Assembly (NCBI GenBank): GCA_044338255.1
Contig: JBIILZ010000001.1
Location: 15,769 to 79,768, forward strand
Length of the DNA: 64,000 nucleotides
Source: Planctomycetota bacterium
GTDB lineage: Bacteria; Planctomycetota; UBA11346
Direction of reading: 5' to 3'
Part shown: positions 50,016 to 59,547 of the stretch, one piece after another
How positions within the stretch are numbered: the stretch's first letter is position 1
Layout of the letters: each line of letters begins with the position of its first letter
Program-made: the position numbers and the translations under genes
The notes under the pieces: model-generated
Told to the model about the DNA's origin: nothing
What the model saw: only the letters and a program-made list of their open reading frames with translations
The model's database searches: none

Positions 50016-51188
50016 ATGAAGGTTCTTGTCGTTGAAGATGATCCAGCGGTACTCGATGTATTGCGCCAACTAGTTGTGCAGTTCGGTGACCAGCCGCTGG
50101 TCGCCAGCGATGGCGAACAGGCCTGGGCGCTGCAGCAGGAACACCGCTGCGGAGCGGTGATCAGCGATTGGTCGATGCCCGGCTGCGATGGCATCGAATT
50201 GCTGACCCGCATCCGCGCCCTCGATGCCGGCACCCGCTACACCTACTTCATCTTGCTGACGGTTGCCGATGACCAGCAGGTGGTCAGCAATGCACTCGCT
50301 GCCGGGGTCGATGATCATCTCTCCAAGCCGGTGCAGCGCACCGCCCTGATGGCGCGCATCAACGTCGCCCGGCGGCTCGTCGCGCTGCATCACGAAGTCG
50401 CTGAACGCAATCGCCTGCTCGCGGAAGCCAATCGCCGCATGCGCCGTGATCTGGCCTCGGCGGCGAATGCGCAGAAGGCGCTGTTGCCGAGCACCCTGCC
50501 GGAGCACCCCGGCCTGGTCCTCGGCTGGCGCTATCAGCCGTGCGAGGAATGCGCCGGTGACCTGCTGGGCGTGCAGCGCCTCGACGAGCATCGCATCGGC
50601 ATGTTCCTCTTCGACGTCAGCGGTCATGGCGTGGCCTCGGCCCTGCTGGCGGTGCAGGTGGCGCGGGTCCTGATGAGTGCGATCCGCGTCGAGAGTTCGC
50701 CGCTGGGCGTCGCTCAGGCCCTCAACGAGGCCTTCTACAGCGATGGGTCCCTGCGTTTCGTGACCTTGACCTATGCGCTGCTCGATCTGCGAACCTGGCA
50801 CCTCGGCCTGGTTTCCGCAGGCCATCCGGCCCCGCTGCTGCTGCGGGCCGACGGGCACTGCGAAAACCAGGAAATTACAGCTCATCCGATCGGGCTCTTT
50901 CCCAACGATACCGCGCAGTTCACGACCTGGGAAGTGGACCTCGGGGTAGGTGATCGCATGCTCTTCGTCAGTGACGGAGTCCTCGAAGCCAACGGTGCCG
51001 GGGATCAACAACCGTCGCATCCGAGCGAGGCCTTCGGTCCGCTGCGGTTGCAGGCGGTTTGGGAAAAAGCCCAAGGCCTCGAGCATGAAAAAGCCCTCAA
51101 TACGGTGATGGATACGCTGGCGGTGTGGCGTGGGCGTGGGCGATTGGAGGACGACATCACCGTGCTGGGCCTTGCGCGTGAGGCCTGA
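50016..51188 (+). CDS. response-regulator receiver fused to a PP2C/SpoIIE-type serine phosphatase
   Basis: REC (MKVLVVEDDPAVL...ISDWSMPGCDG...KP) then a PP2C domain (GDLLGVQRLDEHRIGMFLFDVSGHG...FVSDGVLEA). Confidence 0.85.
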   Translation: MKVLVVEDDPAVLDVLRQLVVQFGDQPLVASDGEQAWALQQEHRCGAVISDWSMPGCDGIELLTRIRALDAGTRYTYFILLTVADDQQVVSNALAAGVDDHLSKPVQRTALMARINVARRLVALHHEVAERNRLLAEANRRMRRDLASAANAQKALLPSTLPEHPGLVLGWRYQPCEECAGDLLGVQRLDEHRIGMFLFDVSGHGVASALLAVQVARVLMSAIRVESSPLGVAQALNEAFYSDGSLRFVTLTYALLDLRTWHLGLVSAGHPAPLLLRADGHCENQEITAHPIGLFPNDTAQFTTWEVDLGVGDRMLFVSDGVLEANGAGDQQPSHPSEAFGPLRLQAVWEKAQGLEHEKALNTVMDTLAVWRGRGRLEDDITVLGLAREA

Positions 51189-51293
51189 GAGGATTCGTCT
51201 GTCAATATTATTATTTATGTAGTTTATTTTGGAATTGGGGAAATGCGGCGTCGAGATTGATCCGACAGTGGGGGGGTAGACAGTGGTTCGTAC

Positions 51294-52448
51294 ATGTTGC
51301 ATCCCCACGCGCCCATTCAGCACGCACGTCCAGGTGGTCCGGCGCTGTCCAAACCTTTGGTGATCGCCATTGATGGTCCGGCGGGGGCGGGCAAGAGCAC
51401 GGTCACGCGGCTGGTCGCCCATCGTCTGGGGATTCTCTACCTCGATACCGGGGCCATGTACCGCGCCGCGACGGTGGGCCTGATCGCTGCCGGGGTCGCT
51501 CTCGATGACGCCGAGGCGGTGGCCGCCTGGGTCAATCATCGGCATATCGATTTCGATGAGCATGGTCAGGTACGCCTCGATCGCATCGTCATGGCCCGCG
51601 AAGATATCCGCTCGCCGTCGACCACCGCGCAGATCTGGCGCGTCGCCAACAATGGCGGTTGCCGCGGTCACCTCGTGCGCCTGCAGCAGGAACTGCTTGC
51701 GGGCCGCGATGCGGTGGTCGAGGGTCGTGACGCGACCACCGTCATCTGTCCGGATGCGCCGCTGAAATTGTACCTCGATGCCAGCCCCGAGGAGCGCGCC
51801 CGCCGGCGCTTGGCGGAATGGCCGGCGAATGAGCCGCAACCAGAACTGAGCGAAGTCGCCCGGCAGATCCGCGAGCGCGATGATCGTGATCGCAATCGCG
51901 AGGTCGGGGCTTTGACCCTCAGCGACGAAGCCGTGCACCTCATCACCGATGGCCTGCGCATCGACGAAGTCGTGGCCCGGATCATCGCCTATGCCGTGCA
52001 GCGCCAGCCCTTCCTGCTTGAGAAACTGCTCGCCGATCAACTGACCGTCGGACGCAGTCGCCAGCCTGGTTATGTCTGCGTCGCGCACGGCGACCCCGGC
52101 GATGGCTGGCAGTTGGGCCTCACCAATCCCACGCCCGATCGTCAGCCGGGCACCACCACCGCCTTCGCGCGCAATCGCGGCGGGCGCCAGGCGGGGACCC
52201 TCGCCCAGGGCTTCGCGGTGTTGGCGTTCGCCGGCTGCGGAGAGCACTCCGGCCACGTCCTGGCCTTGCCGATGCTGCCGCAGACCTGGTATGTCATCGA
52301 GCCCGGCTGCTGGCATGCGGTGGTGCAGCAACCGGGCACCATTTGCGCCTGGGCCGAGTCCCGCGGCATCAGCGAAGAACGCCAGGAATTGAGCCCTGAG
52401 CACCGTGCCGAGCTCGATGCCTACATCGACGTCTACGTGCCCAAATAG
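51294..52448 (+). CDS. cmk: cytidylate kinase with a ~150-aa C-terminal extension domain (possibly cupin-like)
   Basis: IAIDGPAGAGKSTV...LDTGAMYRA and the rest of Cmk to ~aa 230, then an extra domain (…YVCVAHGDPGDGWQ…HSGHVLALPMLPQTWYVIEPGCWHAV…). Start may be at a downstream codon near LSKPLVIAIDGP. Confidence 0.75.
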   Translation: MLHPHAPIQHARPGGPALSKPLVIAIDGPAGAGKSTVTRLVAHRLGILYLDTGAMYRAATVGLIAAGVALDDAEAVAAWVNHRHIDFDEHGQVRLDRIVMAREDIRSPSTTAQIWRVANNGGCRGHLVRLQQELLAGRDAVVEGRDATTVICPDAPLKLYLDASPEERARRRLAEWPANEPQPELSEVARQIRERDDRDRNREVGALTLSDEAVHLITDGLRIDEVVARIIAYAVQRQPFLLEKLLADQLTVGRSRQPGYVCVAHGDPGDGWQLGLTNPTPDRQPGTTTAFARNRGGRQAGTLAQGFAVLAFAGCGEHSGHVLALPMLPQTWYVIEPGCWHAVVQQPGTICAWAESRGISEERQELSPEHRAELDAYIDVYVPK

Positions 52449-52541
52449 GGCTGCTGCGTAGGAGGGCAACGGCCGCCAGCGGCCATGGGTAGCCGTCGGC
52501 CTGCCACCCCATAGGCTGCCCGCCGTTCTACGGAGAAGCTC

Positions 52542-53735
52542 ATGGCCCAGATCGTTATCAACCCCCGCATTCGCGGCTTCATCTGCACCACCGCCCATCC
52601 TGGCGGCTGTGCTGCCAACGTGCAGGCGCAGATCGCGGTTGCCAAGGCCGCCGGCCCGGGCAAGGGCCTGGGCAATGTGCTGGTGGTCGGTTCGAGCGCG
52701 GGTTACGGCCTGGCCTCGACCATCACCGCCTTGTTCGGCTATGGCGCGAAGGTTCTCTCGGTGGCCTTCGAGCGTGGCGGCAACGGCGAAAAGACCGGTT
52801 CGGGTGGGTGGTACAACCTCGCGGAAGTCCATCGCGTCGCCAAGGAGGAAGGCAAGACCATCGAGACCATCATTGGTGATGCGTTCTCGGCACCGATCAC
52901 CGCCCAGGCGATCGCGGCCTTGCAGGCGCGCTTCGGCCAGATCGACACCTTCATCTATTCCCTGGCCTCGCCCAAGCGCACTGATCCGCTCAGCGGCATC
53001 ACCCACAGCAGTGTGCTCAAGCCAATCGGGCCGGCTTATACCTCGCAGACCATCGACCTCGACACGGACCAGATCAAGCCGATCACCATCGCCCCCGCCA
53101 ATGAGGACGAAATCGCCAACACCGTCAAGGTCATGGGCGGCGAGGATTGGGAGCGCTGGGTCAAGGCTCTCGCCGAGGCCGAACTGCTGGCGCCGGGTTT
53201 CCGCACCGTCGCCTATTCGTACATCGGACCCCAGATCACTTACGCCGTGTACCGCAAAGGCACCATCGGCGCCGCCAAGGATCACCTCGAAGCCACGGCC
53301 CTGCGCATGAGCCGCGATCTCAAGGCCGCCTATGGCGGCGGGGCCTGGGTCAGCGTCAACAAGGCCCTGGTCACCCAGGCCTCCAGCGCCATCCCGGTGG
53401 TCCCGCTGTACACTTCGATCCTCTACAAGGTGATGAAGGAAAACGGCACGCATGAAGGCACCATCGAACAGATCGTGCGCCTGTTCGCCGAGCAGATCGG
53501 GCCTGGCTGCACGCCGAAGGTCGACGAGGCCGGACGCATCCGCATCGACGATCGCGAAATGCGCGCGCCGGTGCAGGCGACCATCGATCAGGTATGGCAG
53601 CGCATCACCAGCGAAAATCTTCTCGAGGTCAGCGACTACGCGAGTTTCAAGCGCGAATTCCGGACTTTATTCGGGTTCGAAGTCGAGGGTGTCGACTACA
53701 GCAAGCCGGTAGAAGTCGAAGTTCCCCTGGTGTGA
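52542..53735 (+). CDS. fabV: trans-2-enoyl-ACP/CoA reductase (NADH)
   Basis: MAQIVINPRIRGFICTTAHPGGCAANV N-terminus and full-length FabV/TER layout; 397 aa. Confidence 0.88.
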   Translation: MAQIVINPRIRGFICTTAHPGGCAANVQAQIAVAKAAGPGKGLGNVLVVGSSAGYGLASTITALFGYGAKVLSVAFERGGNGEKTGSGGWYNLAEVHRVAKEEGKTIETIIGDAFSAPITAQAIAALQARFGQIDTFIYSLASPKRTDPLSGITHSSVLKPIGPAYTSQTIDLDTDQIKPITIAPANEDEIANTVKVMGGEDWERWVKALAEAELLAPGFRTVAYSYIGPQITYAVYRKGTIGAAKDHLEATALRMSRDLKAAYGGGAWVSVNKALVTQASSAIPVVPLYTSILYKVMKENGTHEGTIEQIVRLFAEQIGPGCTPKVDEAGRIRIDDREMRAPVQATIDQVWQRITSENLLEVSDYASFKREFRTLFGFEVEGVDYSKPVEVEVPLV

Positions 53736-53800
53736 TCGTGGTTCAGGCGGCCGGCCTCCTGGTTGAGGCTGCCTGAACCTTCACGGCGCGGAGGCGTTGA

Positions 53801-55474
53801 ATGCCATGGGGACCTACCATGCGCACGACGCCCTCACCTGCTCCTGTGATTGTCTATGCCTCTGCCTATGCCTATGCCTATACCCACGCCACGCCGCCGC
53901 CGCCCGTGCAGCGTCGCTTGGGCGGCTGGCTAATCAGCGCGGGCATTCATGCCGCGGTTCTGCTGGTCGCCTGGGTGATGGTGAGCACCGTGCCGAGAAT
54001 CGTGGATAAGGATCCGCTCGTGACGCGGACCGTACCGCTGGCGGTACCGGACAATAAAGTCGACAAGCCCAAGCCCGTGCGGGCGATCGAAACCATGCCG
54101 GAGATCCCGCAGCAGGTCGAGACCGAGACGCCGGCGGTGACCGTTCCCGAGGTTGCCGAGGTCTCTACCGCGAACAGCGAAGAGGTCACTGAAATCCATA
54201 CCGCTTCCGATCCCGCTGACGCCATTGCCGAGACCGCGACCGGGAGCTCCGGCTTTGTGGCAAGTATCGGAACCGGCGGTGGTGGCGGGAGCATCTTCGG
54301 CGGTCGCACCGGTCCGGATCACAAAACCATCGCGATCATAGGCGGTGCCAGCCATGACTCGGAAAAAAGCGTCGAACGGAGTCTGCGCTGGTTCAAGCGC
54401 CATCAGAGCCCCAATGGCTCATGGGAATCGGACAGGTATTACCTGAATTGCACCGAAGGGGTTAAATGCGAGCCGGGGAAATTGCACGATGCCTCGGATG
54501 CCAACATCGCCATGACCGGTTACGCCGTGCTGTGCTTTCTGGGGTACGGCTGCGATCATAAAGCGCCGGGTAAATACCGCACCACCGTCAAGAAAGGCAT
54601 TGAATGGCTGCTATCGCAGCAGCACCCCGACGGGTATTTCGGTCGCCGCAATTACGAGCACCCCATCGCGGTCATGGCCCTGGCGGAAGCCTACGCCATG
54701 ACCACCGATCCCGCACTGCGTGCGGCGGTGCAGAAAGGCGTCGATCAGATTCTCGCCCACCAGAACCACGATACCGTTCCAGGTACCGACGGCTATGTCG
54801 GGGGACTCGGCTGGGATTATACCAGACCCAATGACCGCAACGACGTCTCGGTGACCGGATGGAATATCATGGCCTTGAAATCGGCACTCGCCGGTGGTCT
54901 CAATGTCGGCAAGGGCATGGATGGGGGCCGGCAGTGGTTGGAACGTCATTGGTTGGCGTCGAACAGTGCCACGGCCCCACAGGCGGCCGGTGACACCCGC
55001 GTTTGGAAAACCGCCAAGGACATCACCGCCTACGATCAATCCCGATTCTTCTATACCTGGCACGATGGTGATGAGAAACTCGAAGGCACTGCCGGGCGGG
55101 AGTCGATCGGCTTAGCGTGCGCCATCTTCCTGGGTCGTACGCAAGGTGATCGGATCGTCGAGTCGTTGGCCAATACCGTCACCCAGACGCAGATGCCGAC
55201 GAAGTTCCCGACCAATATCTATTATCTCTATTACAACACCTTGGCGGTCTTCCAGCTCGGCGGTGAACGCTGGCAGAAATGGAATGCGACCGTGCGCGAC
55301 CTTTTGACGCAGTCCCAATGTCAGACTGAGGACTGTCGTGATGGTTCGTGGGATTGGCAGGACAGCCATTTCACCGGCAGCGATCTCGGGCGGGTGCTGA
55401 CGACCGCGTATAATACCTTGAGCCTGGAGGTGTATTATCGCTATCGCCAGATCGCCAAGATGCACCCCAGATAA
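53801..55474 (+). CDS. membrane-anchored protein with prenyltransferase/squalene-cyclase-type repeats (alpha/alpha toroid)
   Basis: N-terminal TM (LGGWLISAGIHAAVLLVAWVMV), proline/acidic linker, then QxxxGxW-type repeats (QSPNGSWE, QHPDGYFG, GSWDWQ). (AY)n from a hexanucleotide repeat near the N-terminus. Confidence 0.65.
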   Translation: MPWGPTMRTTPSPAPVIVYASAYAYAYTHATPPPPVQRRLGGWLISAGIHAAVLLVAWVMVSTVPRIVDKDPLVTRTVPLAVPDNKVDKPKPVRAIETMPEIPQQVETETPAVTVPEVAEVSTANSEEVTEIHTASDPADAIAETATGSSGFVASIGTGGGGGSIFGGRTGPDHKTIAIIGGASHDSEKSVERSLRWFKRHQSPNGSWESDRYYLNCTEGVKCEPGKLHDASDANIAMTGYAVLCFLGYGCDHKAPGKYRTTVKKGIEWLLSQQHPDGYFGRRNYEHPIAVMALAEAYAMTTDPALRAAVQKGVDQILAHQNHDTVPGTDGYVGGLGWDYTRPNDRNDVSVTGWNIMALKSALAGGLNVGKGMDGGRQWLERHWLASNSATAPQAAGDTRVWKTAKDITAYDQSRFFYTWHDGDEKLEGTAGRESIGLACAIFLGRTQGDRIVESLANTVTQTQMPTKFPTNIYYLYYNTLAVFQLGGERWQKWNATVRDLLTQSQCQTEDCRDGSWDWQDSHFTGSDLGRVLTTAYNTLSLEVYYRYRQIAKMHPR

Positions 55475-55604
55475 CCCAGAGAATGCAGGGGGAATTTCGG
55501 AATAAGCATTTTATTATTTATTTAATAAAATGCTGATCACCGAGTTTTGCTCCGGCTCAGGCGGGCGTACGAGCGGCTCATATCCCGAGCGTCTTCCGAT
55601 TGTC

Positions 55605-55633
55605 TTGCGGCAAATGCGTTTGTAGTCTATAAT
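55605..55633 (+). promoter_or_regulatory. sigma70-like promoter candidate (TTGCGG-17 bp-TATAAT) abutting the sensor-kinase start codon
   Basis: Read directly; the -10 ends 5 nt before the annotated GTG, implying either a leaderless transcript or a downstream start. Confidence 0.3.
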
Positions 55634-55638
55634 CAAGA

Positions 55639-58392
55639 GTGTTACGTCGCTATAGCATCATCTGGCAGATCCTCTTTCCGCTGGTCGCGGTCTCCACCGC
55701 GGTGGTGGCGATCGCGAGTTGGCTCAACTATCAGGCCTTGGCGAATGCCAATCGTACGGCCGCCCTGCGCGAATTGACGGTAGCGGCTCGTCGTCGGGCC
55801 GAGGTCGATAACCAGGTCTTCCTGCAGGCCGAGCACAACCTCGTGCAATGTCGCGATCTGCTGCGCAAACGTCTGGCCCGCTCGGGACCGGCGCCGGTTT
55901 TTGCACGGCGTGATGATGGGACCTTCCGTCTCATTCCAAGTTTTGGCGAGGCGCCCTTGGGGGCCTTTCTGGCCCGGACGGCGCTCAGCGACGAGCGTGC
56001 CCGGCACTCGCTCTCGACCACCATCGCGGTTCTGGATGAGTTGGGTGCTTCGTGGTGCGATCAATTGCCGGCGATCGCCATCGGTGAGCCTTCGGCGTGG
56101 TTGGCGACCTGGGGAACGACCTATGCCGATTTGTCCTCGACGATGTTGCCAGACGATCCGGTGCTCTTGACCTCGGAAGTCGAGCTGCTCAACCAAGTCG
56201 GCAGCGGAGCGCGCTGGTCTGGAACTTATTTCGAGCCGGGCACCGCCACCTGGTGCGTGACCGCTCTGGTGCCGTTGGAATACGAGGGCCACCGCCTGGC
56301 GGTGTACCATCCGGTGCCGGTCCAGGAATTGTTGACGCGGGTCGGCGAAGGCATGCCCGTCGGCACCATCACCGCCATCATTGATCGCCATGGTCAGGCC
56401 ATTGCCTGCACCGGCTCGCCACCACCGCTTGAAGGGCCCGGGCAGGCCCAGGTGGCTTTGCCGAGCCGGTTCTCGGCCGCGATCGCATCGGCGCAGCGCA
56501 CCGATACTGATGTCCTGGCAGCGGTGAACCAGGATGGCTGGATTGCCGTTTCGCGGATCCTCGGGCCAGATTGGGCGGTGATCACTCATCTGCCCCCGGA
56601 GCTGGTGATCGAACCCGCCCGCCGCGCGGCGGAACAATCGCTCTTGGTCGGGATCTTCGCCATCAGCGGGCTGGCGGTGGCGATCGCCTTGATCCTGCGT
56701 TGGCGGGTGGCCATGCCCCTGGGCGATCTGCAGAAAGAGGTCGCACGCTTGGCGCTCGGCGGCAAGCCGCCCCGACAGCGTCGCATCCGTCAGGACGAGA
56801 TTGGTCGGCTGATCTCAGCCGTGGATCATATGTCCGGCGAGGTCAGCACCTCGCAGGCGGATCTGTGCACGGCCATGGATGCGCTGAGTCAGCGTGAACG
56901 TCTGTACCGCACCCTCTTCGCGGCCGCGGCGGATGCGGTGCTGGTGCTGCGCGAAGGTGAGATCATCGATGCCAATGAGCGCGCCTGCCGCTTGTTTGGT
57001 ATCGAGGCCCGCCGTCTGCTCGGTGTTGATCCGGCGCATCTCGCCCCAGAGACGCAACCCGATGGCGTGCAGTCGTCCTTGCGTCTGGCGGAATTGATGA
57101 GCCAGCCACCGAAGTTTCCCGCCCCCTGGCGGGCCCGTCATGACGAGGGCGGGGAGATCGAGACCGAGCTCAGTGTCGGCCGCGTACCGCAGCCCGAGGG
57201 CGACTTGATCGTCCTGGCCTTGCGCGATGTCACCGAGCGCAACCACCTCGACCAGCAGCTGCGGCAGGTGCAGAAGATGGAGACCGTCGGGCAGCTTGCC
57301 GGCGGCATCGCTCACGACTTCAACAATGTCCTTACCGGCATCGTCGGCTCTGCCGAGCTGCTCGGTCGCCGCGTCGCTGCCGATGAGCGCGCCACGATCC
57401 TCGTCGAGCGCATTCTCCAGGCCAGTGGCCGGGCGACGGCGATGATCCAGAAGCTCATGGCCTTCACGCGCAAGCGCGCGCAAAGCTCAACGCCCATCGA
57501 TGTGCATGCGGTGATCCGCGAAACCTGTGCGCTACTCGAGCGCAGTGTCGCCACCAACATCAGCGTCGAGCAGTCGCTGCTGGCCGCCAACAGCATCATC
57601 ATCGGGGATGCGACACCCTTGCAGACTTCGTTGCTGAATCTCGGCATCAATGCCCGCGATGCCATGCACGATGGCGGAAAACTGACTTTCTCCACGCGTG
57701 TCTGTGTGCTGGAAGCGGCTGCCGGTCTGGCCTTCGCGCCGCCGTTGCAGGCGGGAACCTATCTGGAGATACGGGTGACCGATACCGGTTGCGGCATGTC
57801 CCCGGAAACGCGTCGGCATCTGTTCGAGCCGTTTTTCACCACCAAGCCGATCGGCAAGGGCACCGGCCTGGGACTGCCTGCGGTCTTGCGTATGGTCCAT
57901 GACCATCACGGTGCGATCGAAGTCAACAGTGCCTTGGGACGTGGCACAACCTTCCGTATTCTTTTGCCGCTGTCCGATGCACCGTTGGAAGCCGAGCGCA
58001 GCGAAGGCCTGCCGCTGCGCGGCTCCGGCCGCGTCCTGATCGTCGATGATGATGATCTCGCCCGCGGCACTGCCGTGGAAATGCTGCAATCCCTGGGCTA
58101 CGATACCGTCGAGGCGAACAATGGCCGTGAAGGCGTCACGGCCTATGTTCCGGGATGCTTTGCGGTGGTCCTGATCGATATGGAGATGCCGATCCTGCGT
58201 GGCGACGAATGCCTGCGTGAATTGCGTTCCCGCGATCCCCAGGTGCGAGCCATCCTCTGCAGCGGCTTCAATCGCGAATGCGGCTCGACCGACCTCGGCA
58301 GCGAAGGTTTCGGAGGCTTCCTGCAGAAACCCTATCGCCTCTATGATCTCAGCGTCGTCGTCGCCCAGGTCGGCGGGAAGGCCGTCTCGTGA
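55639..58392 (+). CDS. hybrid sensor histidine kinase (periplasmic sensor, HAMP, PAS, HisKA, HATPase, REC)
   Basis: Two TM segments flanking a ~300-aa periplasmic region, HAMP, PAS-like, H-box GIAHDFNNVLTGIVG, G-boxes, C-terminal receiver (VLIVDDDDL...IDMEMP...KP); 917 aa. Confidence 0.85.
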   Translation: MLRRYSIIWQILFPLVAVSTAVVAIASWLNYQALANANRTAALRELTVAARRRAEVDNQVFLQAEHNLVQCRDLLRKRLARSGPAPVFARRDDGTFRLIPSFGEAPLGAFLARTALSDERARHSLSTTIAVLDELGASWCDQLPAIAIGEPSAWLATWGTTYADLSSTMLPDDPVLLTSEVELLNQVGSGARWSGTYFEPGTATWCVTALVPLEYEGHRLAVYHPVPVQELLTRVGEGMPVGTITAIIDRHGQAIACTGSPPPLEGPGQAQVALPSRFSAAIASAQRTDTDVLAAVNQDGWIAVSRILGPDWAVITHLPPELVIEPARRAAEQSLLVGIFAISGLAVAIALILRWRVAMPLGDLQKEVARLALGGKPPRQRRIRQDEIGRLISAVDHMSGEVSTSQADLCTAMDALSQRERLYRTLFAAAADAVLVLREGEIIDANERACRLFGIEARRLLGVDPAHLAPETQPDGVQSSLRLAELMSQPPKFPAPWRARHDEGGEIETELSVGRVPQPEGDLIVLALRDVTERNHLDQQLRQVQKMETVGQLAGGIAHDFNNVLTGIVGSAELLGRRVAADERATILVERILQASGRATAMIQKLMAFTRKRAQSSTPIDVHAVIRETCALLERSVATNISVEQSLLAANSIIIGDATPLQTSLLNLGINARDAMHDGGKLTFSTRVCVLEAAAGLAFAPPLQAGTYLEIRVTDTGCGMSPETRRHLFEPFFTTKPIGKGTGLGLPAVLRMVHDHHGAIEVNSALGRGTTFRILLPLSDAPLEAERSEGLPLRGSGRVLIVDDDDLARGTAVEMLQSLGYDTVEANNGREGVTAYVPGCFAVVLIDMEMPILRGDECLRELRSRDPQVRAILCSGFNRECGSTDLGSEGFGGFLQKPYRLYDLSVVVAQVGGKAVS

Positions 58393-59540
58393 GGGGCCTC
58401 CTGCTCATCGTGCTGGGCCTGCCGGTGCTGGCAGTCGAGTTTCAGCTCGAGCCGGAAGTGCACAGCTTCGTGAGTTTCGGGTACCTGCAGACCACCGGCA
58501 ATAATTGGCTGGGCAATTCGCGTTCCGGTACCGGTGAATTCTGGGAAGCGGCGGCCAACGCCCAGGTCACCCCGTTGCCGCAGACGCGCGTGGCGGGGCA
58601 GTTGTTTGCCCGTGATTTCGAACGCTATGACAATGGCCGGGTGCAGGTCGATTGGTTGTTCGCTGAATGGCAGCCCAGGGACCTCATCGGTGTCCAGGTG
58701 GGGCGGGTGAAGATTCCCCTGGGCTTGTATAACGAAGTTCGCGATGTGGATGTCGCGCGGGCCACGATCTTCCTGCCCACGAGCATCTATGCGCTGCGCT
58801 CACGCGATATCAACAACTCCACCGATGGGGCGAAGGTGTTCGGCTTCAGCCACATCGGTCCCGGTGGAGCGCTTGAATACGCGGCCTTCTTCGGCCACAC
58901 CGACATCTCGACCTCCGGCGGGTTCGCAGGGTACATGACCGATGTCGGGTTCGGAGATATCCAGCTTATCGACATTGATTACACCTATGGCGGCATGCTC
59001 CATTGGCATACGCCGCTCGACGGTCTGGGCGTGCGGATGACCGTGTTCGAGATGCGCGGCCTGCATGTGCGTGGAACGACACCCAGCAACCTCACCCTCG
59101 ACGCCAGCACCGGATCCTATTTCAAATTCATCCCTTCGATCATCTATGATCATGGCCCGTTGACGCTGGCCGCTGAGGCCGGCTTCAACAGTGCCAGCGC
59201 GGATGTCGTCCTTCAGGACGCCAATGGCGTGCAGGTGGCGCCAACCTTCGTGATCGATGATCGGAGTGCCGGCGGCTATTTCTCTGGCACCTGGCATTTC
59301 CCCAAGGACCTCGACGCCACGGCTTCCGTCGAACGTCAGTGGGACGATCCGCGGACCCTGGACGTCCCCAATACTACGCGCTTCGCGCTCGCCGCGCGTT
59401 GGGGCATCAGTGCGCATTGGTCGGTCAAGGCCGAGTACCAGCACATGATCGGGAACGGCTCGGCGCTGCGTGCCGACAATCCCGATGGGCTGGAGGATCA
59501 CTGGGATCTTTTCGCCCTCAAAACCACGTTGGATTTCTGA
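58389..59540 (+). CDS. outer-membrane beta-barrel protein (paralog 1)
   Basis: Signal peptide, alternating-hydrophobic beta strands, C-terminal LKTTLDF (terminal Phe). ~60% identical to the 60063..61232 product; 4-nt overlap with the kinase. Confidence 0.65.
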   Translation: MRGLLLIVLGLPVLAVEFQLEPEVHSFVSFGYLQTTGNNWLGNSRSGTGEFWEAAANAQVTPLPQTRVAGQLFARDFERYDNGRVQVDWLFAEWQPRDLIGVQVGRVKIPLGLYNEVRDVDVARATIFLPTSIYALRSRDINNSTDGAKVFGFSHIGPGGALEYAAFFGHTDISTSGGFAGYMTDVGFGDIQLIDIDYTYGGMLHWHTPLDGLGVRMTVFEMRGLHVRGTTPSNLTLDASTGSYFKFIPSIIYDHGPLTLAAEAGFNSASADVVLQDANGVQVAPTFVIDDRSAGGYFSGTWHFPKDLDATASVERQWDDPRTLDVPNTTRFALAARWGISAHWSVKAEYQHMIGNGSALRADNPDGLEDHWDLFALKTTLDF

Positions 59541-59547
59541 GATCATT

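Noticed and set aside
50070-53453. 1127-aa minus-strand ORF
   Set aside because: Spans three unrelated, well-supported + strand genes (REC-PP2C, cmk, fabV); low-complexity G/A/R/D-rich translation; high-GC artefact.
55642-56637. 331-aa minus-strand ORF
   Set aside because: Antisense to the sensor kinase periplasmic region.
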